Below, piece after piece: positions 41,901 through 56,589 of a DNA stretch of 64,000 nucleotides. Every line of letters begins with the position of its first letter. Position 1 is the first letter of the stretch. Location: assembly GCF_009914755.1 (NCBI RefSeq), contig NC_060937.1; one strand, given 5' to 3'. The notes below the pieces were generated by a model that was not told the origin of the DNA, did no database searches, and saw only the letters and a list, made by a program, of their open reading frames with translations. Source of the DNA: the human T2T-CHM13v2.0 reference genome, Homo sapiens. Position numbers and translations under genes: made by a program.

Positions 41901-44900
41901 ACATACTTACACACACACACACACACACACATATAGTTTTGCCTTTTTTGTTTGTTTGTTTGGTGTTTATTAAAGTGAAAGTACTTCAGGGAAATCCTTT
42001 GCGGATTTTATGGCTCTTCAAGGAAATACCCTTTTAAAACGTCTGGAATGTGTGTTAAGAAAAATAAATGATTTCACATTTTCTTGAGAGAAGAAAAGTA
42101 ATTTCACAGTGCACGAAATTGCTTAGAGTAATATGGATTTTTTTTTCACTGCATTGTTAATTAAGAAAGATTGACACCTGTGAAGGTTTCAAGCCAAATA
42201 AAAATCCCAGATTTTAATTAGCTTTTCTAATGGTTATGTTTTCCTGCTAGAAGACATTTGCAAATCTACCAGTTTCTCAGGGAGAGTAGCAGAAGATAAA
42301 TAATAATAATTATGTTTATTACTTTCATATGTGTCATGGTATGGAGTCGTGCAGGGATAGCACTAGATTAAATAATTAAATATGCTACTGTAACTCTCGG
42401 TGTGCTCTCTTCCACCTTTTTAACCTACTCTCTAGCTGTCTTCACGGCACACTCAATTGCCACCACCATCCCTGACCCATTGTCCCATTGTACATGCCTC
42501 TGGGTACTCTCACCCTCTTCCTGTCATGCCCCATCCACATCAATTTTCCACAGATAGTGACCCAGTCCTGTGAGTTTCTAGCCTCTCTCCTGCAAAATAC
42601 TGGTTTCCATCGCTACTTGCTATAAACTGAGAATATTGATAAATAACCTGAGCTAAATTGAGATATTATACAGAAATACAAGATAGATACTTTTTACAGA
42701 ATTTTATTAACCGCTGAATAATGCATAACATGTTTCTCTTCCACAAGGGGTATTCTTATTTTAATACGGGAAAAGCATTAACTTGAATAATGAATCACTG
42801 ATAGTGGAATGTTAAGTAGTGTTTTTCAGCCAGGGACAGGTGAGATGCTATTCAAACCTCATCTGATAGGTGACAATCCATTTCATACTACTGCATAACA
42901 TTTCTGAAAAATAGCTGAGGGACTAAATATTAATCATTTATCATATCATGAGTCACTGAGAGAACATATTACTAATCGTAGAGTGAAATCTTGAGATAAA
43001 TCAATACAGAATCATGTGTATTTTAATACAAGTCTTTATATAATTGTATCTATACAGGCTATACACATGTACATACATACATGTGCATGCATACACACAT
43101 ACACAAACACACATCTGTATTTATTTTGGCCTTAGCTTGTCTGTTCATTATATTCTACAGCAAGGCAATCAATTGTATTGACTATAGAGAGTGATTTAAT
43201 TAAGTCATTGTGTTAGCTAAAAACAACCAAGGCCAGTTTTCTCACATTGTCTAAAAATAGCTATTATTTTTATGGGATTATTAAACTTCTTGGATATATA
43301 AAAGGGTCATCTGTATATAAATTGTACAAATTGCTTGAGATCATTTGACAAATACATTATCATTAGAAAGCTTACTTAAAAAGGAATTTCAGACATTCAC
43401 TTGAAAGAGCAAGATATTAATAAAACAAAATTAATTAAAGAAACACGATTAAATTAAATGTGTTACAAACTCAGAACAGTTGACTCTTCAGTGAATGAGT
43501 TGTCATTGGAGACATTCTAATAAATAACACATAAGTGTTTGGTTAATAAGTGCAAGTAATTTCTAATATTCAAATGTTGAAAGGAGTTTAAAACTATAGA
43601 AACAATCTGTAGAACACACTGCATATCTGAGGTGGAGTAATTTTTACATAGTAGAGCTTTTTGTTCCATTTTTTCAGTAGGCTCAGTGGACTTTCAGAGG
43701 CATATGCCAGCATCTTTGGGCATCAGTACAGTCAATAGGAATTGAGCTAATAGATATGTTAAATAATTTGCAATTAAATTTATGAAAATTCAGTTCTACA
43801 CCTTGATGAGCACAGTGTCAAAGTTAAAATATTATAATTATTTTCCTCCAATGTGACAGTATATGTCTTCTAGAGAACAAAAGAGTGAGACACCTCGTCT
43901 AACCTTCAGGCCTGGAACTGAAGCTAAATTTACAAAGCAGTGTAGTTTTTGGTGTAACACTAGTCTATTCCTCTTCTTCTCAAACTTGTTTCCTCACTGT
44001 CTAAAAATCACTGTTAAATATCTGCTTTACATACAGTAAGCAACAACAAAAATACATACTTATATAAGAAGTGATGTTCATCTCCTCAACAAGGAATGCA
44101 GAGGTAAAAAAAAATCTCATTTTCATACATCTTACTTTATATTATGGGAGGTGAAAGTGGCACTAAAAAGACAAAAAGAAAACGTATTCTACATTAGAAA
44201 AGGCAATTTAAAAAGAGAAAAAACAACGGGAACTGGGATAAGAGCTGTCAACTGAGGAACATTTTGACATTTTATACAAGTTTTTCAGGGAAGACCTCAC
44301 TGAAAGAAGGTGATAATTGGAGCAAAGACTTAAAGGAGGTGATCAAGTGAGCCATGTGACTATCCAGGAGAATAAATTTCCAAGTAGGAAAAGCAGCAAG
44401 AAAAAGCCCTTGAGGAAGGAGTAGGTCTGACAAGGGGCAGGGGGAGAGTGGAGCCGAATAGGCAGCAGGAAATGTAGTGGCAGAAGGGATCAGAGTGGTA
44501 ATCAGAGGGCCGGGCTCTTGGAAGCTACAGTAAAGACTGGCTTAAACTCCAGCTGAACTGAGGAACCATTGCAGCCTTTAAAAAACAAAGTGAAATCTAA
44601 CCTATATTTCAATACAATTACTCCAATTACCATGTTGAAAATACAAAATAAGGAAGACAGGGAAAATAGCATAGGGTTCAGGAAAGAGTCTTGGCAATAA
44701 CCCAGATAAGAACCTCTAGTGCCTGGATTAGCATGGTTGCATTGGAAATTAGAAAAGAGTCAAGAATAACTCCATAGGTTTTGACCAGAGCAAGTGGACC
44801 AGAGCAAGTCGCTATCAACTTAGATGGAGAATGCTAGTTTTACAGCAGGAGGGATATCAAACTTTGGTTTGAGATACGATCATTAGATTTCTTGTTAGCT

Positions 44901-45489
44901 ATTCAAATGGGGGATGTGAGTAGGCAAATTTGTTTCAAATTGCAGGGCAAGGTTCAGAGTGGAAATATATGCTTGTGAATTATCAATATATAGATGCTAT
45001 TTAAGACTAAGACTGAAAGAAATAAAGAAGGGGTGTCAATACAGAAAAAGAAAGATCACAATCAGAGCCTTGAGACATTCCAACATTAAATGGTTTGTTC
45101 TAAACAGAAATTTACAAAAGAGATTAGGAGGAGGAGGAGCCAGGGGATCAGACAATTAGAAGGAAAATATGAAAATGATGTGAATAAAAAGTTTCAAAAG
45201 GTGGAAATTATCAACTTTGCTACTGAGAGGTCAAGAAGGACTGGATTTAGTACGTGAAGATAATTACTTACCTTGATAAAATCAATATCTATGGAGACAT
45301 GTTGGGAAAATCCTTTAATTGGGTTTATAAAAGATTGTGAGAATGTGATGAGAAGAATTGGAGATAGCTAACTTTTTGAGATGTTTTACTGTAGTGAGTG
45401 TAAGGCATTGACTTCCAAAGTAATGCCATCAATGCAAGGTTCTTATATTATTATTTTTATCATTTAATACAGATGAAAAAATATTCATA

Positions 45490-46671
<1,182 letters not shown>

Positions 46672-48106
46672 GTATCCTGTTTTGTGTTCAGTGGAATTAT
46701 CTCGGAAACAGAGTTAACACTGATGTAGGAGAGAAGACTGAAGAAATTATGTTCTTAAGTATGTGACAAGAGATAGGATCTAGTACAATGTACTCATCTA
46801 TAGAAACTGCAGAGAAGACAGAGTACACAGTGAAAATGGTTGCAGATGATTGTTTTGGGAAGGAGGGAAGTCTGTGAAAGTTTCTAATTTCTGTATTGTC
46901 TCAATGAAATAAATGAGCTGCTTGGCTGAGCATAAGAAAGGTGGTGGGGAAGTAGAGATTGAAAAAGAGAGGACAAGGTGGGAAGTAGTCTTCTGGGATA
47001 GTGAGAGACTATGTAGAGGTAGGGGGTGTACTGTTTTTGTCTGGCAAGGCTAAAGGCTCACTGAACATTAATCATCCAACATTTAAAGCTGAAATAGTAA
47101 ACATGATAGTGTATTTTTTCTTCAGCCACATTCAGCTGCATGGTACAAGGTTAGGGTGAAAAGAGTTTTGGATTTAACTCAGGTTGAAATTTGATGTGGC
47201 AAAGCAAGAGAAGACAAAGATTGCAGAAGGTTGAGGACAAGAGAAAGTGAGCTGGAAAAAAAGGCTGGAAATCTTGGAATAAAATGAATAAAATTAAGAT
47301 CAAGAAAGGGTTACAGTAATTAGTAATGATTAATGATCCAGTCTAGGTACAGCCATGGAAATGAAAAGAATAACTGGGTGGAGCACAGTCATTGGGAGAT
47401 AGCTATTCAGCTACTTGAGAATCTCTTACAGAGGAAGAGTGGGATTGTTTACATAAACATTGAAATTATAAATAATTAAATATGGAGCAGTGAGGAAGAG
47501 AGAGAGCCAAAAACTGAAATACTTGAGAGATGAGCATGACTAAACTTGAGGTTTGTTAGGTTATTGGCAATATAGTGCAAAGACCTGGGATTCAAAGTTT
47601 AGGAACTTTAGAGAAGAGAGGGAGAGAGGGCCTGGAATAAATACTGAGAAGTAATGGAGACATCTACTCCATTGCTAGGTCTAGTAGTATGAATTATGGA
47701 GAGTGAACTTCCAGTAATTAAGAAGGAAAAGGAGGAAATAGAGTTTTTGGAGAACAACCAGGTTTTAATTAAAGCGAGAAGGCAAGAGGAAATTGAAGAG
47801 GTTGAGAATGTGGGCACAAAGAGGAGATGGAATGAACTCTGCACTCCGGAGTGGTGGAAAAGTTTAAGGTGGTAAAGAAGGACGGCAGACAGGGACAGAA
47901 TAGGAGAACTGGATGGGAGGGACTGAGAATTTAGGGCTTCTCATGGTGATCAATTTAAAAATCCTGGAAAATAGACTTAATGAGTTTCATGGCAAATGAT
48001 GGTGGTGAGGTTAGACAGTGAGAAAGACGGGGTCCAATGACCTCATGTCATACTTTCCAGCGAACAACTGGAGCTGGAAAAGGATGATCTTACTCCAAGC
48101 ATTCTT

Positions 48107-48368
48107 TTATTTATTTATTTATTTATTTTGAGACGGAGTCTCGCTCTGTCGTCCAGACTGGAGTGCTCACTACAAGCTCTGCCTCAGCTTCCCAAGTAGC
48201 TGGGACTACACGGCGCCCGCCACCACGCCCTGCTAATTTTTTGTATTTTTAGTAGAGACCGGATTTCACCGTGTTAGCCAGGATGGTCTCCATCTCCTGA
48301 CCTCGTGATCCGCCAGCCTCGGCCTCCCAAAGTGCTGGGATTACAGGCATGAGTCACTGCGCCCGGCC
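48107..48368 (-). mobile_element. AluY with two internal deletions and (TTTA)n tail
   Basis: ccgtgttagccaggatggtctc (AluY diagnostic); perfect 15-bp TSD actccaagcattctt at 48092-48106 and 48369-48383. Confidence 0.95.
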
Positions 48369-48449
48369 ACTCCAAGCATTCTTGGCTCCCTTTTAAGACC
48401 TTCTTGATGAAGGATATCCTTATGAAAGGTCAAGATTAAGAACATGTTT

Positions 48450-49527
48450 ATAGCAAAACTGACAAATGGGATCTAAATAAACTTAAGAGCTTCTGAACAG
48501 CAAAATAAACTATCAGGAGAGTAAACAGACAACCTACAGAATGGGAGAAAAGATTTGCAAACTATGCATCTGACAAGGGTCTAATATTCAGCATCCATAA
48601 GGAACTTAAACAAATTTACAAGAAAAAACAACTCCATCAAAAAGTGGACAAAGAACGTGAACAGACACTTTTCAAGAGAAGACATACAAGCATATGAACC
48701 AGTATATGAACAAGATTATAGAGGCACCAAGAAGCACGTGAAAAAAAGTTCAATATCACTGATCATTAGAGAAATGCAAATCAAAACCACAATGAAATAG
48801 CATCTCACACTAGTCAGAATGGCTATAATTAACAAGTCCAAAAATAACAGATGCTTGTGAGGTTGCAGAGAAAAGGGAATGTTTATACACTGATGGTGGA
48901 AATGTAAATTAGTTTCATTATTGTGGAAAGCAGTGTGGCAATTCCTGAAAAAGCTAAAAACAGAACTACCATATGACCCAGCAATCTTATTGCTGGTATA
49001 TACCCAGAGGAATATGAATTATTCTACCATAAAGACACATCCATGCGAATGTTCATTGCAGCACTATTCACAATAGCAAAGACATGGAATCAACCTGAAT
49101 GCCCATCAATGACAGATTGGATAAAGAAAATGTGGTATGTATACATCATGGAATACTATGCAGCCATAAAAAATGCAAGATCATGTCATTTGTGGTGACA
49201 TAAATGAGGCTGGAGGCCGTTATCCTTAGCAAACTAATGCAGGAACCGAAAACTAAATACTGCATGTTCTCACTTGTAAGTAAGAGCTAAATGATGAGAA
49301 GACATGAACACATAGAGGGGAATAAGAGACACTGGGGCTTCCTTGAGGGTGGAGTCCGGGTGGGAAGAAGGAGAGGAACAGAAAAAATAACTTTCGGGTA
49401 CCAGGCTTAGTACCTGGGTAACAAAATATCATTTACAATGAACCACCATGCCAGGAGTTTACCTGTATAACAAACCTGCACATGTATGTCTGAACCCAAG
49501 ATAAAAGTGGGGGAAAAAAAAAAAAAA
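48450..49527 (+). mobile_element. 5'-truncated L1PA15/16-like element
   Basis: gacaaatgggatctaa...aacagacaacctacagaatgggagaaa...tcattagagaaatgcaaatcaaaaccacaatga...aacaaacctgcacatgta, polyA. Confidence 0.9.
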
Positions 49528-49696
49528 GAACTTTCAAAAAAATGGCTTGGCCCTTGTGGAGATAAAGAAGTCTTCAGTGACAAACTTGATAAGTAAATAT
49601 TGCTGAGTGTATATAGAAAAACGAAGCATTTTGGTTTCTACCCATTGCATATTAAAAAGCCAAAAGATCATCTTATCAATCCTTTAAAATTTGGCA

Positions 49697-50095
49697 GATA
49701 AGTGAAATAAGTCACCTATTTGTGAGATCATGCAGTATTTCTCTTTCTGTACCTGAATTATTTCACTTATCAAAATGTCCTTCAGTTCATCCATGTTGCC
49801 ACACATGACAGAGTTTCTTATCTCATAGATGTACACAGTTGAATAGTGGTTATCAGAGCCTGGGGAGGGAATAAGAGAGGGAATGATGGAAAGAAATTGG
49901 TCAAGGGATACAAAATTATAGCTAGATAGAAGGAATAAGTTGCAGTGTTCTATAGCACAATAGGGTGACTGTTGTAAGCCACATTATAGTGTATATTTTG
50001 AATAACTTGAAGATAATATTCTGGATGTTTTCATAAAAAATGATAAACGTTGGAGGTGATAGATATGTGAAATACCATCATTTGATCATTATAGG
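49697..50095 (+). mobile_element. L1MA 3' UTR with inverted 5' part (twin-priming type)
   Basis: 49712-49817 is antisense to the consensus segment that normally precedes the sense segment starting ttatctcatagatgta (about 49818-50095). Confidence 0.75.
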
Positions 50096-52579
50096 ACAAA
50101 AGTATTGTATAGTATGTACAAAGAAAGGCAGTGAGGATATTTATATCATTATCAAGGAAAATCTTGAAGTAGAATATATTTTCTTGTTTTATTAGCTAGT
50201 GTGAATTTTTATTATGAAAATATACACATTAAGGCTAAGAAGTTCAATAACTATAAATTGGCATATTGAGAAAAGTAAGTCATTTGTGTAAACCTATTTC
50301 TTGGACTCCTTTTTTTTTTTTTTTTGTCCCCAGTGTTGTCAACCATGTTGACTGCATCGTGGTTCTCCTCAAAAACATCCAATATGTGTACAAACACATA
50401 AGCACATAAATCAGTGAACTGAAATTACACCCTTCCATAAGTTCTGCATTTTGCCTTACTTTTTTTCACTTAATAATATATATTAGAAATCTTGCAATGC
50501 TTTCCTAAACTAATTTTATGTTACTTTTATTTTACCTCTAAATTGTTGAACCACATGACTTTTTATAAACCCATGCAAAGTAAGGTTAGAAAACTACTTA
50601 CTTGCTTTTCTAAATGACTAACTGGTCATCTCTACATCATTGATTGAGTTACCAATGTTTCAATTATCATAGCTTTATAGTACTTTGAAAAATATTAAGT
50701 GATGTTATTTTTTCTTCATTACCCTTATAGGATTTTTCTGCTGATTCCTACAAGCTTATTCTTCTAAATGGTCATTTTTATTACTTCATCAAGAAAGAGG
50801 TTATTTCAAGCGGATTTGAATTATTAGAGTTAAAACATATATCAGGTTGTTTTGGAACACAAGAGAATGCCATTTGCAGAGAACAAGAAAATAATATGAA
50901 GGTGATGCTAAGTTCATGTTCCCCAAATTAGTGGAAGCATAAAATAGTAAATCAGAAAGAAACAGGATGTTCTGATGAAAATCTTATGAAGTTATTTCAA
51001 TATGCTAGAATTTATTGAGGTTCTGGCTATAAGATTTAAAATGTCAGACAAGTAGAGAAGATAACTTTTCATGGGATTCATCCCCTTATAGGAAAGATCT
51101 GCAAAAGTAGATAATATGAAAGGAATTAATTAAATATTATAAAGAAAGACTATAATAATATATAATGATGCTATGCCACTTCTATAGTTTTAGTATAAAA
51201 ATTACACTTTTGCTGGTTACTACTTATTTCAACCCAGCTCCCCTTTTTCTCTGCAATTTTATATGCAGGATCAGTACCAGAGATGAGTTTGCAATAGTTT
51301 TTCAAGTTGCCTTGAAAGATATCTACAATTTATTTCTGCTTTTATAAAGAATGGAAGTCAAACTAGAAGAATATATGGTGTGTGATAAATTGATATATTT
51401 TTCATTATTTGAGAACGTGGACTATTTTCTCTCCTATATATTTAGCTGTTTTGGCTTTGAACCTTTGCACTTCAATCAAAGTGTAATTTTGAAGGAAGAC
51501 TGTGTCTTAAGTTTTATTGAAGACTCAGCTATGTTTTCTGTTTCACTGACTTCACCAGAACTAAATAACTCAGCAGCAAAAGCTCACTGCTTGGTACCAT
51601 TTGAAATACCCACTGCCCATAGGCATAATTGTCCATCAACCCTATAGAAATCTGTAAATTTATTTAGAAAGCCTGCAAATGAGATTGATCCAATAATACA
51701 TACCCCTAAGAAAGAAGCTAGAGAAAACACTGGAAACAAATATTCTTCTATTATCACCTCAGCTTCCACTGTAGTTAGCTCCATGATGAAAACAAAATGA
51801 AAGAACATTTCATGACAAGTTGCAAAATTCCTGACTGAATGATTGTAGACTTCTTAGCTGTATACTTAAGATGAAATAGATAAATGTGTGTGACATATGT
51901 ATAATTACTCAATTACCATTGTGTGTGTATGTGTAATCTTGAGTAGCTCATATCCTAATACCTTAGGTTTTAAAGCTTTAAATGATGTCAGCAAGTCTCT
52001 ATGTGATGCACACCTACAGAGCCAGCAAACTCATGTGATAAACATTGCTATGATCTCTCATAACCAGCTATATGTTGGGTAAATGCATTTAGGTTTAGAA
52101 ATAGCAAATTATTGGGCCATTTGCTATATTTCTAATGTGAAAGGCTCGGGGGTATCTATAAATAGTCTAAACTCATACTTGCCGTGGAAAAATTTTGCTT
52201 GTCGCTGAATTATTACTTGGCCTCTGAAAATCATTATCATCATTTGGCTCCCTTGGAGAGATAATTTACCTCATATGGACAAGCACTTTTCTCCCAAGAG
52301 GGAGTGAGTTTTACTAGCCTGTGCCTCATAGGATCAGAAATACTTTTAATTGTTTCTTTAGCGCTGATAGCTTCTTTCAACTGGTGAGAGGACTAATCAT
52401 CTTATGCAAATACCAAGCCAATGAAATAATATGATGTTTGTATTCAAAACAATTAGATTGCCACTTCAATTTCTGTTCTGTATTCATAGATTGCAATAAG
52501 AAACCCTGACACATCAATTGTGATCTTTTTCACTTGACCTCTAATTAGTAGAACACATTTAGAATATGTTTGAAGATTT

Positions 52580-52644
52580 TAAAGATTATATATATAATCT
52601 TTATATATATATGTGTATATATATATATACATATATATATATAT
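52580..52644. repeat. 24-bp perfect AT palindrome followed by (TA)n
   Basis: taaagattatatatataatcttta (52580-52603) equals its own reverse complement. Confidence 0.9.
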
Positions 52645-54149
52645 CTGACAAGTTATATAGATTAATATTGTAGTGTCTTGATAGCTTAATTTGGGAAAAT
52701 GAACTTAAACATTCAGAATTTTAAAATATGATTTAAAAAATTGTTTTCTAAGAACATGGTAGATTTTCTAAGAACACAATAGATAATAAAAATAAAATGA
52801 TCAACCATATTTATCTCTTAAGCATTTTCTTTTTTTCCCTAGACTTGTAGCTAAATAGCTCAGTGAAAGGCTGCTAGATTATTGATTACACACACAGTCC
52901 CCATACACAGACCTAAACACACACCCACATGTACATGCACATACACTCACAGATTCTGTGGTATTTTATTCTATTTTTAGTCTTCCCAATGGTCAAGTTA
53001 TCATTTCTGTATGAAATATACTCTCTAAATCACTCTGGACCTCTACCTTGGGCAGCTTTATGCATCCTAAATAAAGACAGCAGGGCTGTGGCCTCCCCTA
53101 AGAAAAAGGTTCTTATTTCAGGAGTCAGACAGCAAGCAAGAGGAGTCCCAAAGCAGCATCTGACTCAAGCTTGTCAAGCTTCACAGGCTGTTGTTTTCCT
53201 TGCCTCCTCATTGTCCTGGGGATTGCCTGATTGTCCTCTTGAAGCTTTCACCATTGATTCCCATTTTCTTACTGTGATGCTCTTCCTGAAAGATATAGGG
53301 GCTTGTACAGATTGTTCTAATGAGAGTAACGCAGAGAGCTAACTACAAAGGAGATGTGTGGGGAGCAGGAAGGAAGCACCAGGGATGCCCAAATGATTCC
53401 TTTAATCTGTCTTTTCTATTAATCTGCATGTTGTGCACCCCATTCCCTTGAGAGGTTTGCCGTGATATGTTGATGTTTGAGGCGGCCAGATTTTGTATTT
53501 ATATAGCTCTGGACTGGGGAGGAGAAGCACTCTGCCCTTTCATTATTTTTTCCTTGAGACTTCAAGACAGAAGGAAGAAAAGGGTCTGTTGTATGTATGA
53601 TGTTTTACAGCTAGAAAAGTGATGCTGGTTGACAGAGAACTTGCTAACAATATCCCATTCTGGGTGGCCCAGTCTACATCACATAGACTCTGTAGTATCA
53701 CTCAGAATCATTTTATTGTTTTTCCTCTGAATTTTGTGAAAAGAGCAATATATTAGAGAGAGAAAGAGAAACTGAGAGGGAGAGACTAAAAATGAAAAAG
53801 AGAGGGACAGTTTCTTGAACAGTAAAGACTTTTTTAACAGGAGTTACAGTGCAAGTGAAAAAACACTGCAGCAATTGAGATGCAGATTCAAGTTCTGTTT
53901 TATTTACTTTAAAGCATTACAGATGCACTCAAAAGACAAGCCATCAGTCAGCAATGACAGGGAACATGAAAATGTATAAGAATAAATTGAGCTTTAATTT
54001 TTCTTGACTAAGTATAGACATTTATCATAACTAACGCACTTATAATAGCATAGTACACTCTTGTTTTTTCCTTCTATTTAGTAATCCCATCTATTTTGTT
54101 TTGTGTCTTAAACGTAATTAGACAACAACAGTCCAGGATTCTGCAAAAT

Positions 54150-54720
54150 GGCAATATTTCTTTTAACCAATATTGGTGAAATCAGCTGCAATTAAAGTTA
54201 TGGCAAGAGTTTAAGCAAAAATAGTGTGATGTTTTTGCTAAATAGTGTGTGAAGTCCTCCTACTTGTGACACCTAATTACTGGTGTCATGCTTGCAACAG
54301 CAGCATCTGTGCACACTCAACACTCTAATGGGCAGCTCCTACAGGACTAATGTATTTTAATTGATGGTATTTAGCGTGGCTTTTGGTTTCTCTTTCATAT
54401 GAGAAGCTATGCCCTTCTGCTCTCCTGTCCCCAGATGAGCTGGCTGTCTGCTGGGGAACACACAGTACAGATGGTCAACAAAAGGTGAAGATTGCCAGGA
54501 TTCCAACTATCAGTCTCCTTTCATTCAAGATAAAATCTGAATTACTAATCAGCTTCCTTCTGCCCCCACACTCAGTCTTACTCTAGCCCAAGCTGTTTAC
54601 ATTTGGACTTAATGCTAATCTCTCTTTGTCAAATGGCTTTATCAAGTCCCATTTGATTTGAAACATACCTTCCTAACTAGCAAATCAGGGCCGGACCATT
54701 TTAGTTCCTCATCACTCATA
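54150..54720. promoter_or_regulatory. Candidate developmental (neural-type) enhancer
   Basis: No recognisable repeat; dense TAAT/TAATTA, TGACACC...GGTGTCA, TAATTGATGG, CAGCTG, CATCTG, CAGATGG and AACAAAAG motifs; function is inferred. Confidence 0.4.
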
Positions 54721-56186
54721 GTTCATTTCAAATACAAATTGTTCTTTCCCTGGGGAAAGAGCTAAAGCCTGGTTAAATTTCATCTCTGGTATCATCTGAA
54801 ATGGGAAGAAAAAGTACTTGAACACAATAGAACTAAATGACGAATCACGTGTGCTTCACATGAATCTGGATAGTGTATCCTCCATAGAATTGTTATCAAT
54901 GTTATTATGTTTAGCTCTTCACAAATAGCACATTTACAGTTTTGAGTTTTCTGAGCTGCGTGTCCTTAGTTCTTTGATAAGAAGTCAGGTATAAAAAAAA
55001 GAATAAATAGAATTATGTACACCTTTCACTGCATCGACCTTAGCAATGCTTACATCATTTTCTTTGTTACTAGAGAAACTTTAAAAAACACATAGGATAC
55101 AGTTGTAAAGAAAGATTCTACAAAATCGTGTATAATTCACTAGAATACTGTGCTCGAAACATCTGAGAAGGAGCAGCCTGGAGAATATGACAGAGTCGAT
55201 CCCTGGTTTAGAAGGAAGCAGGAAATTGGCTACCCCTTGCTGGCCAATTAACAAGAGTCTGCATCCTTAGTTTTAAAGACAGTAAGCAGTGGGCCTGCCT
55301 GTGTGGCCACCCAAAGGGAAATGTTGCAAAGTTCTAATGAGATGCTGTTAATTTTGAGTGATATTCAGTCTAGTCCTCTTTTTGCATTAGGGGAAAAAAG
55401 GGACATAAAATTACACTCCTTAAATCATGATCCTGGTACTGGTTTCTAGGCAACCACGAGTGAATGGAACAAAAAAAAAAAAAAAAAAAAAAAGAAAGAA
55501 AAAAAGAAATAAGGAAAAGAGAGACTTTGGAAGCTTTTTTTTTTTTTCTGAATAAAATACATGTTTTTGCCAGTCAATCAGGTCTTTTTTTTTTTTTTCA
55601 TATTCTGTAATGGAATAGTTTCTAAATCTGAGCTTTAAATTAAAGAAGAAATCACTCAAGATAAATGCTATGTGCTTCTGTTTATGCTTTAAAAAGACAT
55701 CCTTCTTAAAAGCAACTTAATGAGATTAAGATGTTAAATTCTGTATATATTAGGAAGTAGACATTCTTACAGATATATGCAGGCTCGTCCTTTCTTGGTA
55801 GCAAAGATTAAAAAACAAAACAACAAAAGCAGTGTTGCAACACTAAGCAAAGAAATAAAACCAAAGCAATTAAACAGCTACTTCAACATAAACACTTAGT
55901 AATATTGAAGGCTACCATGGAGGTGCACACAGAGTCTGCCGGATAATAGTGCTTTATGCTTACATCATTTTCACTTTGCAATTTAATTTATATTAACTGG
56001 TTTAGTTCTCACAACAACGTTTTGAGATAGGACTTATTATCTCATATTACAGGTGGGGAAATTATCCCATTTCTACTATTTTTAAGGATAATTTTAAGGT
56101 TTTTATTTGGGTCCTCTAATTTCTGAATCAGAGATTAGTTTCGTTAACTTCAGAATGAACAAAATAGCCCTCTGTTTATGTTATCC

Positions 56187-56187
<1 letters not shown>

Positions 56188-56229
<42 letters not shown>

Positions 56230-56240
56230 AGAGAGAGAGA
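56188..56240. repeat. (CA)n-(GA)n compound microsatellite
   Basis: Direct reading. Confidence 0.95.
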
Positions 56241-56589
56241 AAAAATAAAGAATTAAAAAATGAAATCTCCAGTTCTAGCATAACAGGTCATTCAAAGCAA
56301 ACAGACAGAACTTCAGATGTCATCATGGGAATTAATATTATTTTTACTTTAATGTATAATAGATGTTCAATTTCAAAATTCATAACTTGGCCAACAACAT
56401 GCTAAACTTGATTTACCTTTTTATGCATATGTCCTAAAACTTTATATTATGTATAATGTAGAAATATTACCTGCTTTTTGTCATATATACAAATAATGTA
56501 GACTTAAAGTAAAAATCAAAAGTACAAATTTTTAGTTTCAAACTTCAATTAATTAGTCTCTGGCATTGATAGTCACTAAATAAAGGTTT

